This document shows positions 59,321-64,000 of a stretch of 64,000 nucleotides of DNA, piece after piece. Source of the stretch: Bacteroidota bacterium (lineage in GTDB: Bacteria; Bacteroidota; Bacteroidia; M30B66); contig JAIXUS010000078.1 of NCBI GenBank assembly GCA_027483445.1, forward strand, positions 24,792 to 88,791, in the 5' to 3' direction. Position numbers and translations under genes: made by a program. The notes beneath the pieces were generated by a model. That model was not told where the DNA came from. It made no database searches and worked only from the letters and a program-made list of their open reading frames with translations. The first letter of the stretch is position 1. The number at the start of each line of letters is the position of its first letter.

Positions 59321-60261
59321 TGCGCACTGTGCTGCTTTTGGGCTTGCTTTTCTCCTTTGGGCCTGCATTTGGACAATGGGAGCGTTTTAACTACGAAGGC
59401 GAAAATCCGGGTGAACTGTCGTTCTTCAAGTATGCGCCCCGCGCTGCACTCGACAATCCTGATGCGCCAATGGTTTTGGTGTTGCACGGCTGTGGACAGG
59501 ACGCCCGGCAGATCAATGCCCTGGCCGGTTGGTCGGCCCTTGCTGATGAACTGGGCCTTTTGCTATTGTTTGCGGAACAAAAGAAGCTGAACAATTTAGG
59601 CGACTGTTTCAACTGGTTTTTGGCAAACGATGTGGAGCCATTTGGCGGCGAAATGCACTCAATTTACGTTGCTGCTCAAGCCTTTAGGCGTAGTTACCCC
59701 GGCAGTCGTAACTATGTGTATGGGGTTTCGGCCGGGGCGGCGATGGCATTAGCGATGCTTTACAATTATCCGGCATACTTTCAGGCGGGAGCCGTTTTGG
59801 CCGGTGGCGCCTTTAAATACCACGATTCGATGTTGAGTGCAGCCTCGTACCTGCAGCAATCGAACAATTACCCGAGCGACATCATGCTGAGTTTTCTGCC
59901 CGAGCGCATTCGATTGTATTCAGGACCATTTCCTGCTCTGGTGAGCATCCATGGAACGGCCGATCCGGTTGTGCATATCGCCCATCAGGAAGGGCTTCGA
60001 AAGCAATACCTCGCGTGGACGCGCAACGAAAGGGCGGTAGAGGAAGCAAGTGCGCCCCTTGAACGCATCCGCCGAAGGCAATACAGTCTGAACGATGCCA
60101 AAACCACTCAGCTCATTGTTTACACCGTCGAAGGCATGGGCCATGCGGTGCCGGTTGACCATTCGCAGCCGGAGCGAAACGGAGGAAGTGGTTTATTTGC
60201 GGCTCCTGTCGATTGGTTTTCGACCCGGGCAATTTTGAATGATTGGGGCCTAACTAGATGA
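59320..60261 (+). CDS. PHB depolymerase family esterase (LpqC-like alpha/beta hydrolase)
   Basis: VLHGCGQ, CFNWF, GVSAG nucleophile elbow, HGTADPVV, GMGHAVP. Start set at the TGATG overlap (ATG 59320). Confidence 0.85.
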   Translation: MRTVLLLGLLFSFGPAFGQWERFNYEGENPGELSFFKYAPRAALDNPDAPMVLVLHGCGQDARQINALAGWSALADELGLLLLFAEQKKLNNLGDCFNWFLANDVEPFGGEMHSIYVAAQAFRRSYPGSRNYVYGVSAGAAMALAMLYNYPAYFQAGAVLAGGAFKYHDSMLSAASYLQQSNNYPSDIMLSFLPERIRLYSGPFPALVSIHGTADPVVHIAHQEGLRKQYLAWTRNERAVEEASAPLERIRRRQYSLNDAKTTQLIVYTVEGMGHAVPVDHSQPERNGGSGLFAAPVDWFSTRAILNDWGLTR

Positions 60262-60357
60262 AAAACATAATTTTAGAGAAATTTCCCTATTCTGTGTTTT
60301 CAAAACTGTAAATGCTTAATTTAGAGCCTCATTTTGTAATCTCAGCCCATAGATTTC

Positions 60358-60576
60358 ATGAAACGCATTGGAATAGGAGTAATGTTGTTCAGCGCACTTT
60401 TGCTTAGCTCATGCAGCAAAGAACAGTGTGGAGAATGTTTTACGGAGGAGACCAATAAGGAAACCGGCGAGAGGGTTACCACTTCAATTGGTGAACTGTG
60501 TGGTGAGGAGTTAACAAACACCGACGGAACTACCTTTCCAACCGTGAGTGGTACTGCCCGAACTTACTGCGAATAA
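60358..60576 (+). CDS. Small Cys-containing lipoprotein
   Basis: Lipobox LLSS-C; CGEC...C...C pattern. Confidence 0.65.
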   Translation: MKRIGIGVMLFSALLLSSCSKEQCGECFTEETNKETGERVTTSIGELCGEELTNTDGTTFPTVSGTARTYCE

Positions 60577-60698
60577 GGCAGTTCAAGTGTGATGTATTCT
60601 GTTGATAATTTGCCGGAATGCATCATTAACATTTTTTAAAATTCTGCATCTTGACCCGTCGGTCGCGTTATCATTTCTTTGCGCGACAATTATAACCT

Positions 60699-61685
60699 AT
60701 GACAGATATTCGAGAAATTAACGAGCGAATTGAACGGGAGAGCGCCTTTATTGAGCTGCTCAAACTTGAATTAGACAAGGTCATCATTGGCCAGCAGTAC
60801 ATGGTCGACCGCCTTTTGATAGGGCTTTTGGCCAACGGGCACTTACTTTTAGAAGGGGTTCCCGGATTGGCCAAAACTCTGGCGATTAAGTCGCTGGCCC
60901 AAACCATTGATGCCGCTTTTAGCAGGATACAGTTTACCCCCGATTTGCTGCCGGCCGATTTGGTGGGAACCATGATTTACAATCAAAAGCAGGAGCAGTT
61001 TACCGTGCGTAAAGGGCCACTGTTTGCCAATTTCATCCTTGCCGATGAGATTAACCGGGCCCCGGCAAAAGTGCAAAGTGCCTTGCTCGAAGCCATGCAG
61101 GAACGCCAGGTGACCATTGGCGAAACCACCCATAAGCTGCCTGAGCCATTCCTTGTGTTAGCCACACAAAACCCGGTAGAGCAGGAGGGAACCTATCCGC
61201 TGCCTGAAGCCCAGGTAGACCGTTTCATGCTCAAGATTGTAATCGGTTACCCCAATCGCGAAGATGAACGGAAGATCATCCGCCAAAACTTGGCGGCCGA
61301 ATTTCCTAAACCCTCCAAAGTCGTTAGCCCTGAACAAATTATCAGAGCGCGACAGGTGGTTCGGGAGGTTTACATGGACGAGAAAATCGAGAATTACATC
61401 GTCGATATCGTTTTTGCTACGCGTTTTCCCGCCGATTCCGGCCTGGCCAAATACCAACCGCTCATTTCGTTTGGTGGCTCTCCGCGGGCCTCAATTAGTT
61501 TAGCCCATGCTGCAAAAGCATACGCCTTTATACGCCGCCGTGGTTATGTAATCCCCGAAGACGTTCGCGCCGTTTGTTTAGATGTATTGCGCCACCGAAT
61601 CGGGCTTACCTACGAAGCCGAAGCTGAAAACATCACCACCGAGCATATTGTCCAGGAAATTCTCAATACGGTTGAAGTACCTTGA
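60699..61685 (+). CDS. moxR: MoxR-family AAA+ ATPase
   Basis: LEGVPGLAKT, RIQFTPDLLPAD, LADEINRA, ATQNPVEQEGTYPLPEAQVDRF. Confidence 0.96.
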   Translation: MTDIREINERIERESAFIELLKLELDKVIIGQQYMVDRLLIGLLANGHLLLEGVPGLAKTLAIKSLAQTIDAAFSRIQFTPDLLPADLVGTMIYNQKQEQFTVRKGPLFANFILADEINRAPAKVQSALLEAMQERQVTIGETTHKLPEPFLVLATQNPVEQEGTYPLPEAQVDRFMLKIVIGYPNREDERKIIRQNLAAEFPKPSKVVSPEQIIRARQVVREVYMDEKIENYIVDIVFATRFPADSGLAKYQPLISFGGSPRASISLAHAAKAYAFIRRRGYVIPEDVRAVCLDVLRHRIGLTYEAEAENITTEHIVQEILNTVEVP

Positions 61686-61749
61686 TTAAGGTAAGCTTCA
61701 CACCTGATTGCGTCTGTTCATCCTAATCAGTGTTGAAAACACGGCCACT

Positions 61750-62622
61750 ATGCAAACAAACGACCTGCTGAAGAAGGTACGCAAGCTCGAAATCAAAAGC
61801 CGCGGACTCTCGTCGGAGCTCTTCTCCGGCCAGTATCACAGCGCGTTTAAAGGACGTGGAATGTCGTTCAGCGAAGTCCGCGAGTACCAGCCCGGCGACG
61901 ATATCCGAACCATCGATTGGAACGTCACGGCAAGGTTCAACCACCCTTATGTGAAGGTGTTTGAAGAAGAACGGGAACTCACCATCATGCTCGTTGTGGA
62001 TGTTAGTGGCTCCAACGATTTCGGCACACAGCGCATGTTCAAAATGGAACTCGTTACCGAGGTATGCGCCGTTCTTGCCTTTTCGTCGCTTCAAAATAAC
62101 GATAAGGTTGGGGTGATTTTCTTCTCCGATAAAATCGAGAAATACATCCCGCCCAAAAAAGGAAAATCGCACGTGCTTCGCATCATTCGGGAGCTCATCG
62201 ACTTTCGTCCTGAACACAAAAAAACCAACGTAGCTGAAGCCTTACGTTTCCTCACAAACGTAACCAAAAAGCGATGTACTGCATTTGTCCTCAGCGATTT
62301 CCAATCGCCCGGGTTTAATGACGTGCTTAAAATCGCGGCCCGTAAACACGATGTTGTCGCGCTTCAGGTGGTAGACCCGCGTGAGGCCCAGCTTCCCGAT
62401 GTGGGGTTGGTACAGTTTCTCGATGCTGAAACCAACGAGGTACGATGGATCGACACCTCCGACCGCGCTGTTCGGAAAAGCTACGAACTCAACTACCGCA
62501 AACACGATGAAGCGCTGCGAAACAGCTTCGCCCGTGCAGGTGTCGACATGGCCGTGCTCCAAACCGACCGCTCCTGGATTACCCCATTGAGTAACCTTTT
62601 AAAACGCCGAGGAGCCCAATGA
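61750..62622 (+). CDS. DUF58 domain protein
   Basis: FSEVREYQPGDDIRTIDWNVTAR, VKVFEEERE, VDVSGS. Confidence 0.93.
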   Translation: MQTNDLLKKVRKLEIKSRGLSSELFSGQYHSAFKGRGMSFSEVREYQPGDDIRTIDWNVTARFNHPYVKVFEEERELTIMLVVDVSGSNDFGTQRMFKMELVTEVCAVLAFSSLQNNDKVGVIFFSDKIEKYIPPKKGKSHVLRIIRELIDFRPEHKKTNVAEALRFLTNVTKKRCTAFVLSDFQSPGFNDVLKIAARKHDVVALQVVDPREAQLPDVGLVQFLDAETNEVRWIDTSDRAVRKSYELNYRKHDEALRNSFARAGVDMAVLQTDRSWITPLSNLLKRRGAQ

Positions 62623-63569
62623 AAAACGCATGGTTGCTTAGTTTACTGTTTTTGTTTTTTGGCTCATCAGTCGTGGCGCAGAAGGCCTCCGTACAAGCCG
62701 GAAGCTATCGCATTCGACTGGGCGAACAAATCGAGCTCAACCTGCAGGCTCAACCCCTCGATGGCCAAAAAGTCATCTGGCCCACATTTCCCGACAGCCT
62801 TGGGCCTTATTTCGACATCGTTCGCCGCGATACCCTCGATACCCTAAGTTTGCCTGATAAACCTCTGATATACAGTCAGAAAATTATCATTACCTCTTTC
62901 GATTCGGGCCGACATGTACTGCCGGTTTTCGACTTTGGCTTTTTCAAACCGGGTGGTGATACCCAGTCAGTCATCACCGACGCCCTAAGCATTGAGGTTT
63001 TAGTGGAGCGTGTTGATACCACCAAGGCGATTAAAGATATCCGCGGTTTGGCAACAGTGCCGCCTGATTATTGGCAATACCTGATGTATGCTGGACTGGC
63101 CATCCTGCTAGCATTGATTGCATACCTCGTTTGGCGGCGTCTGTCGAAGCATAAAAAGCCGGTTGTTGTGGCCAAGCCTGATGTCGCTCCGGTTCCAGCC
63201 TGGGAACTTGCACTGACGGCACTCAGCACCATCGAACAGGAAGCCTTGTGGAAGCAGCGCAAAGAGAAGGCTTTCCACTCGGCCTTAACCGAAGTGATGC
63301 GGAACTACATCGAAGCGCAGCTCAAATTGCCGGCTCCGGAGTCGACTTCCGATGAAATCTTGGTCATGCTCCGCAATGCCTCGGTTGCTCCAGAAGCCCT
63401 CGACGCCATGCGCAGAGTGCTGTTGCTGGCCGATTTAGTTAAGTTCGCCAAGGGAACAGCATTGCCGTCTGAACACGAGCTCAGTGTTCAACTGTGCCGA
63501 CAGTTTATCGAGCTTACCAAGCCACAGTTAGCGGCATCGGAACCCGGAAAGGAGGCTGCTGATGTTTGA
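62619..63569 (+). CDS. Bat operon protein (BatD-like N-terminus, TM helix, DUF4381-like)
   Basis: IITSFDSG, IKDIRG, TM helix, STSDEIL, ADLVKFAK; lies between DUF58 and batA. Confidence 0.7.
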   Translation: MKNAWLLSLLFLFFGSSVVAQKASVQAGSYRIRLGEQIELNLQAQPLDGQKVIWPTFPDSLGPYFDIVRRDTLDTLSLPDKPLIYSQKIIITSFDSGRHVLPVFDFGFFKPGGDTQSVITDALSIEVLVERVDTTKAIKDIRGLATVPPDYWQYLMYAGLAILLALIAYLVWRRLSKHKKPVVVAKPDVAPVPAWELALTALSTIEQEALWKQRKEKAFHSALTEVMRNYIEAQLKLPAPESTSDEILVMLRNASVAPEALDAMRRVLLLADLVKFAKGTALPSEHELSVQLCRQFIELTKPQLAASEPGKEAADV

Positions 63570-64000
63570 CTTTAGCAACCTTGGCATCCCTAATTTTGCC
63601 GACATCCAGTTCGAACAACCCTGGATGTTCCTGCTTCTCTTGCTCATTCCATTACTGGTATTCTGGTACATCCGTAAAGGCAGAAGAAACAAGCCGGAGC
63701 TGAGAATTTCGGCCATGACAGGTTTGATTCAAGGCGGGAAAAGCACACTGGTGCGCCTAATACACCTGCCATTTATTCTACGGATGATCAGCTTTGTGGC
63801 CTTAACCGTGGCTTTGGCCAGGCCTCAAACCCGGCTTTCGTGGCAGGATTTGTCGGCTGAAGGTATCGACATCGTACTTGCAATGGACCTGTCGCCCAGT
63901 ATGTTGGCTCAGGATTTTAAGCCAAACCGACTGGAGGCAGCGAAAAATGTGGCCCTCGACTTCATCAACAACCGTCCGAACGACCGCATCGGACTGGTTA
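63562..64000 (+). CDS. batA: BatA VWA-domain protein, 3'-truncated by the window edge
   Basis: Translation MFDFSNLG...FEQPWMFLLLLLIP...ALARPQ...EGIDIVLAMDLSPSMLAQDFKPNRLEAAK...RPNDRIGLV. Confidence 0.9.
   Translation, partial: MFDFSNLGIPNFADIQFEQPWMFLLLLLIPLLVFWYIRKGRRNKPELRISAMTGLIQGGKSTLVRLIHLPFILRMISFVALTVALARPQTRLSWQDLSAEGIDIVLAMDLSPSMLAQDFKPNRLEAAKNVALDFINNRPNDRIGLV

Noticed and set aside
1-64000. CRISPR arrays, tRNA, rRNA, tmRNA, RNase P
   Set aside because: No regularly spaced short repeats and no conserved RNA signature sequences were found by eye; tRNAscan-SE/cmscan would be decisive.

Overview
64-kb window from a Bacteroidota (Bacteroidetes) genome. The assignment rests on TAnnTTTG -7 promoter elements, T9SS cargo proteins, the bat/MoxR operon and DUF3127. 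It is mostly housekeeping: tamB, GWxTD, acyltransferase, GT2, marC, thyA-folA, dinB, etfBA, methylmalonyl-CoA mutase, acs, wecB, upp, psd, phoD, moxR-DUF58-batA. No rRNA, tRNA, CRISPR array, integrase or transposase gene was seen. The accessory signal is in AT-rich patches and intergenic DNA: (i) a T9SS delta-60-repeat gene broken by one in-frame TGA, next to an unexplained 220-bp tandem duplication with DnaA-box-like 9-mers; (ii) a two-gene FHA / VWA-TM-FHA locus; (iii) two AT-rich genes, one a pseudogene, bounded by attC-like GTTAT/RTAAC sites, resembling an integrase-less cassette array; (iv) a non-autonomous MITE-like family with 4-5 copies; (v) an azurin-fold lipoprotein with all four type-1 copper ligands replaced; (vi) a PhnA homologue with an internal in-frame deletion. 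All family assignments are motif recognition by eye, not database searches.
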